DNA of 64,000 nucleotides from Antedon mediterranea (lineage: Eukaryota > Animalia > Echinodermata). The stretch is from NCBI RefSeq assembly GCF_964355755.1, contig NC_092674.1:28768001-28832000 (forward strand), read 5' to 3'. Below are positions 38,167 through 52,929 of the stretch, in pieces. The position numbers were made by a program, and so were the translations under genes. The notes below the pieces were generated by a model. It ran no database searches. It was given only the letters and a program-made list of their open reading frames with translations, and was not told where the DNA came from. How positions within the stretch are numbered: the stretch's first letter is position 1; each line of letters begins with the position of its first letter.

Positions 38167-38911
38167 ACAATATTTGAATTCGACAAGTACCTTCCAAAGG
38201 AAGCGCGATCATGCCCATCAGATAGTAACCACGTGATGACACCAGCAATGAAAGAGATCCGACGTCAAAGTGTTTCAGGAATCGATGACTTCTTTTACGA
38301 CGATAGGTTACCTCTTGATATTCTTGGTAACTTTAACATAGTTTTATCAAACAATATGAAAGCGGAATCGATGGAAAGCAAATCTTCATGTAACTATGCA
38401 AACTCGTGTATATATTCTCAAAACGCAAATGTGTCTTGCAATGGCAACAAGGCTAACTTAAACAGACTGCCAAATGGCATCCGTATTAAAGAGGAACCTT
38501 CAGATGACTTTCCATCACAGTGCAATATGCCTTCATCTTTACCTAGTTTTTCTACAATGCTTTCCATTCCACGAATTGCATCTGTAACACCGAATCATGG
38601 TATCGTCAAAGAAGAATCTTTACATATTGATGTAAATAATTCCCAATTCCAGTCACCGAACTCTTTCCAAATTTCACCGCAGTACATGAACAATAACTCA
38701 TTTTTCATGCCTCCGACACCACCAAGTTCTCTTCCAGGAACACCGGAGGAAGGCCTGTCAGAGAGTCCTCTAAGACCGCCACCACCCCCATACCCAATTG
38801 CCCTAGCCAGTAAGATATCTACCAATCATTTTCAAGCTTGCCAATCAAAGTATAATCGTCGAAATAATCCAGATTTGGAAAAGAGGCGGATTCACTTCTG
38901 TTGTTATCCAG
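38167..38911 (+). CDS. KLF5: KLF5 coding exon 2 (transactivation region to start of zinc finger 1)
   Basis: Polypyrimidine tract + tttcag acceptor; G|gtaag donor. Contains IKEE, PPTPPSS-x-PGTPE, PPPPY and KYNRRNNPDLEKRRIH-x-C-x-YPG, diagnostic of KLF5. Confidence 0.93.
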
Positions 38912-38929
38912 GTAAGAACATTTAAATAT

Positions 38930-39052
38930 TGGTAGTGGTTTAGCAGTATTGATAGTGGTTTTAGCAGCATTGATACTGGTTTTAGCAGCATTGATACTGG
39001 TTTTAGCAGCATTGATACTGGTTTAAGCAGCATTGATACTGGTTTTAGCAGC
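38930..39052 (+). repeat. 21-bp minisatellite (ttgatactggttttagcagca), ~6 copies, ~20 bp after the KLF5 exon 2 donor
   Basis: Directly visible; gives the LLKPVSM antisense ORF. Confidence 0.92.
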
Positions 39053-39801
39053 AATATCAAACAATTTCAGCAACTAACAAATAATTTGTATATCAGAGAT
39101 AATAACATATTTTATTACTATTATTTCAAATCATTCACCTTTGGAAAAGTGGCACTTACACAAACTGTATCTGGTCGAATAAAAACTATTTTCTATTTAA
39201 TAATCTGACATTTCATATAAAATGTCATAATACAAATAAATGTTTGTCACAATTTGTTCTGAAATTGTTGGCGATTTCTTGAGTAGTCCTATTTTAATCC
39301 CCAAAACAGGTGACAGAGAATGGAACTGTTCACAAACCACCATCTGGTTTTCATTGGAAAGGCTAACTACTTAAATGTGACTAAAAGCATCAATCAAATG
39401 CTTGTCATATGCTTAGTTACCTGGGGTAACCACAAGCAAGTTAAGCATTGGGTTAAGAAAACCTGCTGGGTACCAAGGTTACTCACCTTTTCTTGCTACC
39501 TATTTTCACCTGAAAAAGAAACTGGAGAACATGATGGGTTACAAATGTTTTTATTGGTCAGCAGAGTGTGTGGACATATCAGTTAAAAAATACCCTTAAC
39601 TAAAACAAAAACGTTTTTATTGGTCAATGAGTGGAATAAAATTTAACAAAACAGTTTGAAAAAAACTTTTTCATAAATTTATGTAGATTTTAATTTTAAT
39701 TTTCTTATTTGTTAAAAATAAAAATTATTTAATATTGAAAAATGTACAATAACTCAGAATAATTAACAAGTTCACATTAAATTTTCACATATTTATTTTA
39801 A

Positions 39802-40083
<282 letters not shown>

Positions 40084-41479
40084 ACAGGAAACAATCGCTA
40101 TATTAAAAGACGATATTAACCAGGAAGAATACCTATGTATATTTGTACATTATTAAAGATATCTATGTATATATTTTAGACAAATAATTTCCTATTGAAT
40201 TTGGTGACAAATCTTAAAATCTTTATAGATGTTAATATTCATAGAAAACTTTACAAGAATTTTGATAGCTGTAAAAATGCAAATTATAAAATTGTCATAT
40301 TCACCAATATTTTTTAAACTCATGTTTTTTAAGTTGTTAACTTCATCTTTTCATATAAATAATGTTATAACCACATAGCGTTATTTTTCAGTTCAATAAA
40401 CTCATGTCACAGATTTATAGGCCAACAGCAACAATTTACTCACTAAGGGTGACTTTGCTTAACAAATATTGAAAGCTTTCTTCCGGGGGCAATAATAACC
40501 TTTATGTGTTTAATCCGAGGTAAGGAAGCTATTTTCCTTGTTAAACTTCAATTCCATATTGTAAAGTCATTATATTGATGAAATATCCCTAATAATGCCA
40601 CCACTACTCAAACAAGGTGAAGCAAAGGTTCACACAAAGTAACACTAATTTGGCACAACTCTTTAAATTAGTCTGCGGAAAAGGACAGAGAGGGGTAAAC
40701 CGTCAGGGTCATCCATATCTTTTAAAATTCCAATTACATGGAAACTACACCCGTAGGAGTCTAAATCAAGAGTGATCATAATTAACATTAAACTCCAGTA
40801 GAGTAAACCTTTTATAATAGGAGAGAATGTATGAAAGGACGTTACCTTACTGCTACTGTACGTAACCATCTCACCATCAAATTCTGGATAATTATCTTGA
40901 ATCACGACAAGGTTAAACTCTAACCAAGCATACAGAAAGTTAAAACATCAGTGTGAAGATTAGTAGATTATTGCACTGAATAGCCCAGGGCTCTTCAGGT
41001 AACCACACGCCACCTTCTAATTAACGACCGTTCATTCGTTTGGACCTTGAAATAGAAAATGTTTTACTTTAATTTAATTGTGCCAAATGATTTAATAAAG
41101 TTAAATTATTTTTAAAGCAAATAATATGTTCAATATTTAAACTATGCAAACTAAGTCTTTTGGATTTAAAAAAGTATTTAAAATAATTTTTTTTTCTGTT
41201 CTACTTTTCTACTCCTAGCCACAAATAGTTTAGTTATTAATATTGCAAAATAACATGGCAAATAACTTAAGCATACACTGAAAAGTTTGTCGCTTACAAA
41301 GCATAACAGTTTAAATGTAAGCACATAACTAACAAAATAAGATTAAATTTAGCCTGCAATAAATTATAGATTTTTTAACTAAACTAAGAAAAAACTATTA
41401 AGAAACTTTTTGAGGCTGAAACGAGCACAAATTAATGACATATGAACATGGTAAAAATATTATTCAATAGAAATAATTG

Positions 41480-41625
41480 CAGTAGAACCCCTATTCAGGG
41501 GACACCTTTGGGACCCAACGAAATGTCCCCTGAATAGGGGATTGGGCATAGTGTTGAAACATACATAGTACAGTACATTGGTGTCCACTTAATAGGGGTG
41601 TCTCAAATGAGGAACTCTCTACTCT
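41480..41625. mobile_element. Short Tc1/pogo-type MITE (non-expanded relative of 22381-24292)
   Basis: cagtagaacccctattcaggggacacctttgggac...gtcccctgaatagggg...gtgtccacttaataggggtgt. Confidence 0.65.
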
Positions 41626-41907
41626 ATACATTTATAAGCGTAGTAGAATTGAATGAATCCTATTTCTCATATTATTATTCTTATATAAATATACCACCAT
41701 TTTCAAGTTGCGTGCAATCAATCCACTGTATTTGTTGTTCAATTAATAATCCTACAATAATACATTAAAAGGAGTTGAGTATTAGTAGCATTCCTTCATT
41801 GTTAAAGCCTACAATGCGGCCTAAGTATCAAGAATTGTCCCACCAATTATTTATTGAGGTAAAATAAGAGCCAAATAAGTCTTTTGAAATTTCACCAAGT
41901 GTTTCTA

Positions 41908-42142
41908 AAGCCTGTTTTCCACTAGGCAGATTTGCTCACACGAATCAAAACTATCGGCCTGTTCCTTAAGTTTTTTACAAAAATTGTGCAACCAATCAGA
42001 GCTCAGGAAATGAGTTATTACATTTTCATGAGCACTTATGCAAACCGAAAAGATCAGAAGATCCGCGATAAAAGTCACAGCTTTTTACTCTGTGGAAACA
42101 TTGGATTCGCGCGACTAAATTTGTCTAGCGGAAAACAGGCTT
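41908..42142. mobile_element. Harbinger-like MITE
   Basis: TIR aagcctgttttccactag ... ctagcggaaaacaggctt in TAA/TTA context. Confidence 0.75.
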
Positions 42143-44874
42143 AATTAAAGATGTTTATTATTGTACAGATAATTTGTTCACGATTTCTATTTTAGAAAGA
42201 ATCGAAAAAAAACTTAAATCATTCCATTTTGTAGCGTGTTTTGTATTCATGTCAAATTTTAATACTGTACAATTAATTAACCACTTATAAACGATATTCT
42301 TTCTTTGAATATGATAACATTTTGTATTTAATAACGATTAAGAAATACCAAATATTGGTCTCTTAGAACATCCAAGATTTAATGCATGCTTATTTAAGAC
42401 AATGTTTATGATTAAGATTATGATTAGATGACAATCAATGAACTGTATAAGTTCAGGTGCTTTTTTTAAATGATTCTTTTAATATAAAATATATCTGACA
42501 ACCCTCCTATTGGTGATGGGCGCTAATTAATTATCTGTATATTTGTTTTGTGTTTCCAATTTCTTTCTTTAAAATAATCGCAATTAAATTTTTATATCTA
42601 TTCAGGTTTTCATCTGAGAGTAAAACAAAACAACTTTTGGCAACAAATATTAGCAATTTATTTATATCATCTGGCGTATACTCTCAAATATAGCAAGAAC
42701 AGAGTTTAACACTTGTTTTATAGCCATTCCAAAGCAAAAGAACACTTGAAAATAAGTTTTCTCAAAAAATCAATTTCTATTAACTACTTTTATTTATATT
42801 GTTTTGTGATTGTTTTAACTTTTTAGAAAAGATACCATTTTGAAGACTTATAATTTCAGAAAAATATTTGATTCTTTTCTTAGGATCTTTACATTCTTCT
42901 ACAGTAGAACATTCTTTGATGTTAAGTAATTTATATCTTTCTTCTCAAAAGTTAGTATCCATGGTTACTTATAAATTTGAAACAAACAACTCACATTAAA
43001 AGATATTTGTGAAATGCTAAACATTATATATATTTTGGTAACAACTTTGAGAGTTTATAAAAACCTGTTCCATATTATTTTATGCAATTTATTATAAAAT
43101 GCCAAAAAAGGTAGACTTACAGACAATATAGCTATGTTGTCATACTGAACTGCATGGAAACACATATTTTATTATATTGTACTGTATGAACCTCAGTCAC
43201 CGCTGGGATCTGGTTTCCTTTTGAATACAATATACAGAATACTAAAACATCAATGTGTATTTGTGAACTATATCATACATGTTGATGACTTCCCATAGGT
43301 TTCAATGAGATAAAGTTAAGTAGACTAACGCTTGTTTGCTTTTTAAAGTCAATATATTTTAGATATTGTCCATGTAAATATATCCAACATTCCGAAAGAG
43401 TAAAGTGGTTCATTACATTGTCATAACAAATACATTGCCATATAGTAACCACAGAAACATAAATATAATTATGCTATTTTTAAATTTTATTTATTTTTAA
43501 CCTGGTGAAATTTTATGCAAAAACAATTTGCTTTTTCTTATGATGTATAATTAATTACTTAGGATTTCTTTAAAAAAAAATATTAAAAGAAATAACCGTA
43601 ATTTTATATGCATATCTCTAAAACATTGTGATTTGTATTTTATTTAAACAACATTTCGTTATTATTTTTCTTATTAAGAATTGAAAAAAAATGTGCAAGG
43701 TAGGACAGGATGCATTCATCTGATATTTCTTTTTAAATATCTATGATTAAAAATTGTCTTTTTTACTAATAAAACAATTTGAAAAAAGTAAATATGAGGT
43801 GTTTGTTTGTATTTTTGTTGTTGCAAAGGCGAAATTTCCAAAACCGCTGACAGGATGTACGATGACGATTATGATTTTTATAGAAAGTTAACTTTCAAAA
43901 AGGATATGGAAGATTATTATTATCATTTTAATCTGAATTTGTAGGGGTGTTTAGCAATGAGAACATGTGTATGAAAATGTGTTAAATGGCAGTCTTTTTT
44001 AAATCCAATATGTCCGTTTTTCTTCAATTTTCTTGGTGGCAGAAACACATTTTTAAAAACTGGTTAAATGGCAGCATAAAAAAAACGGTTAAAAACAACC
44101 AAAAGATTTGGGTTTATAACGTTATTTAACTGGCTATCGCTGTGGAATTTTTAGCTGCAACACAAAATAATGGTTATTCGATTGACAGTTAACGTTTTTT
44201 GTCAACGACCAAACGCAAATTTAAACAGTTATTAGAAGTGATTAAATGTTTAGGTTTAAAAATTAGATTTTTGAAATAAATGGTTTATACTGTGTGATAT
44301 GCAACAGTATCCAAATAAATGTCCTCATTAAAGAAATTGTTCCAAGGCCATCTCCTGAGGAGGTTATCACTCTCTTATGAGTCAACCTCACAAGTCTACT
44401 GGGCGTGTATGAAACTGTGGGGGCGTTTACCAGGGAACCTGTAAATACGTCAACAATTGTAAATAATCCACTCAAACAATGATGATGATTCACTTCACTT
44501 TTATTTATTCAATTTTTTTATTTTTAAATATGCTTTCATAGCTACAACTTGGGTTGGGTCAATAAGAAATAAGAAATATTGTTGCTATTTGACAACATCA
44601 TATTTTTTAAAATCACTCTGCCCTAATGAAACCTGTTATAATAAGGTTTATAAACAAATAGCGTGCCTAACGCATGTACAGAAGCGTCGTGATGTTTGCT
44701 CCCAAACTTCTCATCGTACATTGTGCAATGACGTTCCTTGCAAAATCAAGCCATTTTCGATAAACCTTATTATCGCATGTGAGGTGGGTTTGATTGGTCT
44801 CCTTTTTTCCGTTTTTTTATTCTTTTTGCAACATTTTTTGTTGTTTTTAGTTTCATGGTTGCATTTCTCATGGT

Positions 44875-44948
44875 TTTCAAAAGCGCCTTGAGCACTTTGT
44901 GGATATGTGCGCTCTATAAATCTTTTTATTATTATTTATTATTATTAT
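44875..44948 (+). mobile_element. LINE/SINE 3' tail (L2/CR1 type) with (ATT)n
   Basis: aaagcgccttgagcac...gtgcgctctataaat...(att)n stem-loop plus tail. Confidence 0.55.
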
Positions 44949-45341
44949 GTCATTAAAATGTCTTTTAAAAAAATGTATTTATTCATTATTAATATATTTA
45001 TTTTATATTTCTTAAATTATAATGATTTTTTTGTATTTAATTCAATTTTAGAATATCTTTTTTTAGGCTAGCCAAACTCAAGATGTTGCATATCAGAATT
45101 AAACCGTTTATGGCAAAAATATAATTTTTAAACCTAAACATTTAAACATTTCTGCTAAAATTTTGCTCCCAAATTAAACGGTTTAAATTTGAAAATTCTT
45201 CAAAATGAAACGTAATCAGATGGTTTTTTAAATGTTATTGTTTCTCATCTTCATTCTTTAAGCGACAGTAAGCACATATTGCAATGCCACTCCTGTATGA
45301 TGCAATAAATCAATTTAATTGATTGGATTTCAAAAAGTTTA

Positions 45342-45479
45342 AAGCTCTGTCTACACTATCAAACTTTATTTGACAACAAATGTGTTGTGCTCAATGGACA
45401 TGATTTGGGCATATCATTACCATATTTGGGCACATCACACTTTTTTTGTCAAACTTGTTTTATAGTGTGGACAGAGCTT
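45342..45479. mobile_element. Harbinger-like MITE, family H2 (complete)
   Basis: TIR aagctctgtctacactat ... atagtgtggacagagctt. Confidence 0.8.
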
Positions 45480-46539
45480 AAGTTGTCCTTTGTGATAGAT
45501 TCCCTCATTCTTACTTTCATTTTTTTTGGATGAATCACAGCCCAAAAAAAAATGGTTTATTTAAAAGAAAAAAACACATTTCTGATGAAATAGTTTATAC
45601 AGTATATGAATATGTGGTTTGGCTCAAAAAAGGTTCTTGATGTCAACTGTTGTTTTGAGAATGTCATTCAACTAAAATGGAGGTAATTTATTCACTTACA
45701 AGTTGAACCAGTTATTTTTTCTACTTCATAAGATGTCGAACCCGTAAAATGTACACAATGTGACGCTTTTATGTTTCAATGTTTACTACAGTATAACCAG
45801 CTAACCTTTTACAAAAACAGAGAATGTCTGGAGAAAAAAAACCATGTCAAAATATTTGTAAACCGACATGTTTTTTATTTTACCTATTTGGCATTCCATA
45901 AAACATAAAGAGCTGTAGATTGGGGTGATTGTTAAATTAACTAGTACTGTAGTATTCAATCAATCAATCAAGAAGTTGTTAAACATCTGTAAGTCCAACT
46001 TCTGCCCACCTTGTTATATTAAGAGGCGCCAAGATTAAAACCACAGCATTTGGCCAAAAAAAAAAGAAGTATGTAAGACTCTCAAGGTTATTCTTGTTTA
46101 GTGGTGTTGATATACATGTAAGTAGTTCATAACAGTTTTAAGTACATTTGTTTTTATTGTGCTTTTTTTTAATTTCCTCTTTTGTTCATGATTTATGTAG
46201 GTCATTGGAGGACAAGCGTGGCAAATATGAGGGAAATAACCAAATTTATAGAAAACAGCAATGATATTTTACAAAATTATACCATAAATGGTTTAATAAA
46301 GGAACCACTTCCTCAAAGAATACAAATTATTTATAAAATATAAGAATTTAAGTTATTTTTAAGTGCATTATGTGGTTTATAATTTAATTTTGGAATATTG
46401 TTTTGTTTGCATCCAAATAAAAACCTAAAGTTGAGAGCAGTGTAGAAGATTTCAGGATGGTACACAAGAGATTATTTTTTATGGATAATATTTTTATTTA
46501 TTTAACATCTATACAGGATTACATAATCAGGTAAAAGAA

Positions 46540-46680
46540 AACCTTTTATGTGACAACAAAATGTGCTCATATATGGACATGATGATGTCATATCACTACC
46601 ATATTTGGGTATATCACTACCATATTTGGGCACATCACACTTTTTTTTGTCAAACTAGTTTGATAGTGTAGAAAGAGCTT
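46540..46680. mobile_element. Partial H2 MITE
   Basis: catatttgggcacatcacac...gtttgatagtgtagaaagagctt matches 45342-45479. Confidence 0.72.
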
Positions 46681-49600
46681 AAGTCAATTTTATATTTTGG
46701 TCTTGCATACAAAGAAAAACCTAAATTGATAACTAGCAGTTTGTGCATCTCTCAATGACCACTGCAGTTAGATTCTGCGAAGTGTCTTACTTACAAAGAA
46801 ATACCCAAAGTTGGAAAATAGTAAAAATTCTTTAAAAACATCAATCAGGTTTGAATACTTCAAGCTGTGTAATCACGAGTCGTTAATGTTGGTGTTAATA
46901 AACTATTAATGTTGGTTTAAGTGGGATTATTACCACGAAACTGAGGCCGGAGATTATGCTGGGTAGAAAACAGCTATAGCTGATGATATCAGGGACTTCA
47001 ACTATGATAATGAGGCCATTAACAGTGAGTAGAAAACAACTATATTAACAATAATACCAGGGTCTTGTGTACTAGAATATTACTCTGATATTTAGGAAAT
47101 TAAAAGTTACGGTAGGTAGAAAATAACTATACCCAATGATACCATGGTCTTGTATACTAAAATTTAAAAAAATTTACTCTGATATTGAGCCAATAACAGT
47201 TACAGTGGGTAGAAAATTGTATCAGAAACTTTGGCCAATATTAAGGGGAAAATTGTTCTGTTGATTGTACACAGTTTGAGATCTTGCCAATGTTGTACAT
47301 CCTTTATTATTTGTTAGTTTGTTTTATTTGGTGCAATACACCAGGATAACTCATAAAGTTGAAACAGCTTATTTCCAATGGGGTCCTTATAACATTTTTA
47401 CAAACATAGAAAACACATTTTTGTTTGTTTTTATAATGGAAAAAATTGATTGAGTGATTAATAAAATATCAATGAAATTTAAAGTTATTTATACTATGTG
47501 CCTATTCCAGAGATAATCATGGGTATTCCAACTAAAAATGAATGAATGGGTTTTTAAAAATTATTAATAACTTAACTTAAAAAATGCTGTTATTGTGTGT
47601 CAGTTATCTAAATGATTGATTTATTATTTGTGTGCAACAAAACTTGATATAAAAATTTGGTCTTTTATATTTTAGAATATATTTTTATTATACAGTAAGC
47701 ACACACTTATAATAGGACTATAACACTTGAGCTGAAATCTCTAAAAGTCATGCCCTTATGAACTTGAAGCGGGCATCAGACAAGAGAACATGTTTTATGG
47801 TGGCTTCTAATCCCCTTTTACCAGTCATTAAAAAAGTTCCTTAGGCCTAATATTTCAAATATTGTCTAGAATAAGGTCAAGTTCATAATAGGTATTAAAT
47901 AGATTTAAAACGTATCTAATTACAATAAGTATCAAAAGATCTCTACAATGAACTCTTCGATTCAGTCTGTTTTCAAGGTTGCGTCATCCTCGTTCAGGTT
48001 GATTAGCTAAGCATTATGGGTACTATACAGTAGGTTGGTTAGCCAAGCATTATGGGTATTATTAAAACTGAACAATAACTACTGTAGACTTGCGTGCTAG
48101 CAACATGTTTTGGTCTACTGAATTTTAGATGATACAAATTCTAGAAATTACTATTTTCTTTTACTTTCTAATTTGACAACAATCACATTAAACACAATAC
48201 AGTAACATGTATAATTTATGGGAAGTTATTTTTATTTTAATAATAATTGATACTTTATTATTTCCATGTTTTAAATGTTATATTTAAAATGGTGTTTTAA
48301 CGCATCTCTTATATTACAAAGGAAGACAATTTTCTAATATGTTTTTAAAATTACGATGAGGAAAGTTAATCAATGTGTATATTATTAATATTTACAATTT
48401 CTAAAATAGATTATAACTTTTATCTAAAGCATAAAGTTAGTACTGGATCTAGAATGATAATTTCATTTCTTGTCAGAAAAGTAAATAAAAAATATGTACT
48501 CTTCCTTTTTAATGGGGTTTTTTTTTCAGGAAAATTCAATGGTTCTTATAATTATTATTTTTTTAATTCAAGCTATTTAAATTTTTTTAGCTACTGATGC
48601 AAATACTGTAGGCATTTATTTTATTAATAAGATTTTTCAGTCAATTTTTCCTTTTTAATTTTTGTTTCACTAAACCCTTACTAAACCTCCACCAATGGAC
48701 ACATCAAATCCCCAATCTTTTCAGATTATATACAGATTATTGGGATCTGCTGGGTCAGATATAAATGTTTGTATAGATATTAATTTAGGAATAGATCAAG
48801 GTATTATTTATCTCAAAATTTAAGATTTTAGTTTTGATATTTTTGTCACTTTGTTTGTTTCGGTTTATGTGCTTAACACCTCTCTTTATGTTATTAATCA
48901 AGTTTAATAGTTATTCAAGCTAGAGCACAGTATAGTTTAGTGATTTATGTATGTTGTACGATTTGTCAAATACTTTATTTTGTCAACAAAATACTGACCT
49001 GCTTGGATGACCTTTTCTAATATCTTTAATATTTTGTAACTAATTAGACATGGGTTTCTTTAGCCTTCAGAGAAATTTGACCACCAATTTAATTCAATAT
49101 AAATATCAACAAATTTTTTAAATGAACTAGACTAGAAGTGTAGATTACACTGTGCAAATATTTGTTCAACAAAAATACTAAATACTGATCTGGTTGGATG
49201 ATCTTTTATAATATGTGTAACTAATTAGACATGGACTGCTTATTTTATAGTTTTCAAAGAAATCTGATCACCAATTTTATTCATTTTAATTATCATAAAA
49301 AATGTCAATATATACAGTATGACCTAGACTCCGAGGAATACCCTGGTTTTCTAAAAAAAATCTGACGACTAGAAGTCTCAAGATAACAATGCGTTTAACT
49401 TTCAATATGGATATTACTTATTTCGTCAATTAGTCATGGACCAACTGGTTTTATCTATTCCTTTTGAGAATTCTCACTATTATTGTGTAAAGTGTTATCT
49501 TTAAGTATTGTTGATAAAAGACAATTGTAGCTTTTTGATATATAATTTGTCCATCCGATTTTGATGGTACTTCACTAAGTACTGAAGCACCTGCTACCAG

Positions 49601-50139
49601 CTGGTAATTAAACACTTTTTAAAGCGAATTAACCGCCATTGTTTAAAAAATATCAATTCAAAACACTCTATCCATTTGCCATCAATCAGGACCAATTTGG
49701 CAAAAAACAAATGCATTGCAAAACTCATAAAACATAGGAGCAATAGAAAAGTGACATCTTAGCTTTGTGGGCTAAGTTTGGGGTGAACCTAAGCAACTTT
49801 CCCATGTCTCTGAGTACTGTCGGATTCCATGTTGGTTTAGGAGCTATTTTTGGTCTTTTCTCTCTTTTCAGATTGTGTTTTTAAAACAAAATTGCATTTA
49901 TATAAGTTTATCTGGGCCTCTGTGGAGAAATAAAGCTGAATTGAATTTTTCAGCAGAGTTCATAACAAACATAGCAATCTTCTTTATATTACTATTATTA
50001 CATTTATACAGTTTAGCAAATTAGCTCACTTTTTCATTTGTGTGATTTCGTACATGGACAACAGGCTATATTTTACAAACATACATAATATTGCTTAAAT
50101 ACTGTTGTACAGTTTATGTGCTTACCACCAAGCAAAATA

Positions 50140-50603
50140 CCATAAAACCTCGAAAAGAAGCCCATGGGCTTAAACCTCGAAAAAAAGCCCATCTCGAAAA
50201 GAAGCCCCCCTCTACAGTTTGCAAAAGTACACTCGAAAAGAAGCCCCTGGGCTTCTTTTCAAGATAGTATGGGCTTCATTTCGAGACAGACTACTCAAAC
50301 TGTATTGAGATGATGACGAAATTATTGTATTTGACGGTGAATCATAGGACTGTTTTTTTGCTTTTTATATTGTTTTTTATATTAAACATAATTTCATGGT
50401 TGAAAAAATGTCACAAAAGTCACATTATTGTAGTAGAAATTCACAAAATTTAAAGCATTCATTTCGAAAAGAAGCCCCCCTCTACAGTTTGCAAAAGAAC
50501 TCTCGAAAAGAAGCCCATCTCGAAAAGAATCCCATCTCGAAAAGAAGCCCATCCAAGAGCACTAAAAAAAGAAGGCCATGGGCTTCTTTTCGAGGTTTTA
50601 CGG
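50140..50603. mobile_element. Tc1/pogo-type MITE with TA TSD and multiple internal tcgaaaagaagccc repeats
   Basis: ta|ccataaaacctcgaaaagaagcccatgg ... ccatgggcttcttttcgaggttttacgg|ta, ~28 bp TIR. Confidence 0.88.
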
Positions 50604-52620
50604 TATATATGTTGAAAAATGCATTAGACTTTCTAATAACGAATATATCAAATATAAGTATTTGTTCAGATTGCGAAAAGTAAATGGACAAGTGATGGAG
50701 CCATGCTGTTATTATCGAGAAAAAAAACGTTGCTAATCAGGCTTTACTCTGTTCTTCTCTTCTCTATTTTCGTTTTCTCATTAATTGATCGGGGTTTTAC
50801 GGCCGTTAGTCTAGTCAACAAATTAAAATCTTATTTACACATCAAACAGAAACAACTACTGCTTAGTAACCGTAAACTAAAGTAGTTTGTTGATGATCAC
50901 CGGGTGTTCTGCCCACACGCACACCAGGACCTTTAGCTAAAATCCAAAGAGAGCATGTACAGGCAATATGATACTCTAACCGCATACAGTATGCTTCGGG
51001 TCTTCCTAAATGGTCAGTTCAACACCGATATCGCCGATATTAGTTTTAAATTTTCCGTATTGTCGTGGGATTTTTACCGGAATAACACACAATAGGCCGA
51101 TTCATTATTGTTCTGATTAAGAATTGTGGTCACGCAGCCTACACACTTTTTGTGTACATATTGAATTTTTAACAGCTTCTTTTCATGTGAATTTACATTA
51201 ATATTGCACCATAGATTTTAACAATACACTAATCCTATGTTTTATACGATGTATGTGTTCATTTTTTATGACACACTAAAGTCATTGATTTCAATTTCCC
51301 TTAAAAATGTATTCAATAACATCATCTACGTCAGTTGATTTACAATACGTACAATGTACAAAAAAAATGTTTCTTACGTAAATATAGTATTGTTGAACTG
51401 TCTCTTTATTAAACATGCTTGGTTTACTTAACTTTACTGTAGTGTCATGAGTGAATTGAAGATAGGCTCTCAACAGTTCATTCTGTTATACTTTGGTTAA
51501 GTGTATACACACTAATACAGTTTATATTTGGATGGAAAAAATATAATAAAAAGTAATTGAGACAAAAAATTGAATTGAAAAGAAAAAGTTGACATTACTT
51601 TTACAATACATAATATTAAATAAAATAGTTTTTATTTCTCAAATTTTATTTTTATAGGCCTACATACTACAAATATTTAAAAACAACCATAAGGTTGATA
51701 TGATGATTTTACAACAAAGGTCTCTCAACAATTTCATAATTTGTAGAATACAAATCTAAATAATTATGAATGAATATAAGTATACAAAATTTCAAAAACA
51801 ATTATCTAGTACAATATTATTCATATTCAAATATTTTGTCTTTATTCTTTAAATTTTCACATCAGTACAGTCACAGTCAGAATAAAAATAATAATGTTGA
51901 CTCAAGCATGTTTGACGATTCGACAAACGTATGCCATTGCTATTAAACAGACAAAACTTGTTGTGAAAACACAAATGCTTTACAAGTATTGCAAAATTAC
52001 AAAAGACCAGATAGCTATACATATTAACCATAAATTAAGTAAAAACTAAATCATGCATGATATACTACATTGGAATATTATGCAATTATGATGAAATTCT
52101 ACAATAATTGGTGACACATTTTACATGCAATTCTGTTCAAGTACTATACTATTATTTTATAGTAAAAGTGTGGTTTGTATTTTTTTTACAAAAACCACAG
52201 ATTTGTTGTCTTTCTATATTTTAAAATGACTTTCATCTTCTTCAGTAGAATTTTTTTTTTTAAATATTAAAAATGCTGGTAGGTATGCACAGTAGTTATA
52301 ATTAGAATTGAGGAAAAACGGTTCCTTCTGTAGTTTGACTAAAACTGTTTAAAACAATTTTTTGATAAGAGAACATATTGCAGATATCATTTACTATTGT
52401 TTGACTAAAATAAAGAAATTATTGTGTAATTACATGTAACAATAGATAATAAACACTGGAACAATACAATTAATTAGGTCAATTAGAGGTCAATCAAACT
52501 CACACCAATTCCTAAACAATAAGATAAGTATGAATACTTAATTATGCCTACTTAGCACCTGCCACAGTTTTAATAACTATCTTTACTATCTAAAATTTAC
52601 TGGTACTCAGTCTATGCAGG

Positions 52621-52929
52621 AAGTTGTACAAAAACTAAAAAGTTGTACAGAAACTAAAAAGTTGTACAGAAACTAAAAAGTTGTACAGAAACTAAAAAGT
52701 TGTACAGAAACTAAAAAGTTGTATAGAAACTAAAAAAGTTTTACAGAAACTAAAAAGTTGTACAGAAACTAAAAAGTTGTACAGAAACTAAAAAGTTGTA
52801 CAGAAACTAAAAAGTTGTACAGAAACTAAAAAGTTGTACAGAAAATAAAAAGTTTTACAGAAACTAAAAAGTTGTATAGAAACTAAAAAGTTTTACAGAA
52901 ACTAAAAAGTTGTACAGAAACTAAAAAGT
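52621..52929 (+). repeat. 19-bp minisatellite (ttgtacagaaactaaaaag), ~16 copies
   Basis: Directly visible. Confidence 0.95.

Noticed and set aside
40663-40905. 80-aa minus-strand ORF downstream of KLF5
   Set aside because: Non-ATG start, no recognisable motif or splice context
46930-49300. Degenerate local duplications (~46930-47220, ~48960-49290; also ~20510-20780 and ~55240-55450)
   Set aside because: Old, diverged duplications with uncertain boundaries and no sign of function
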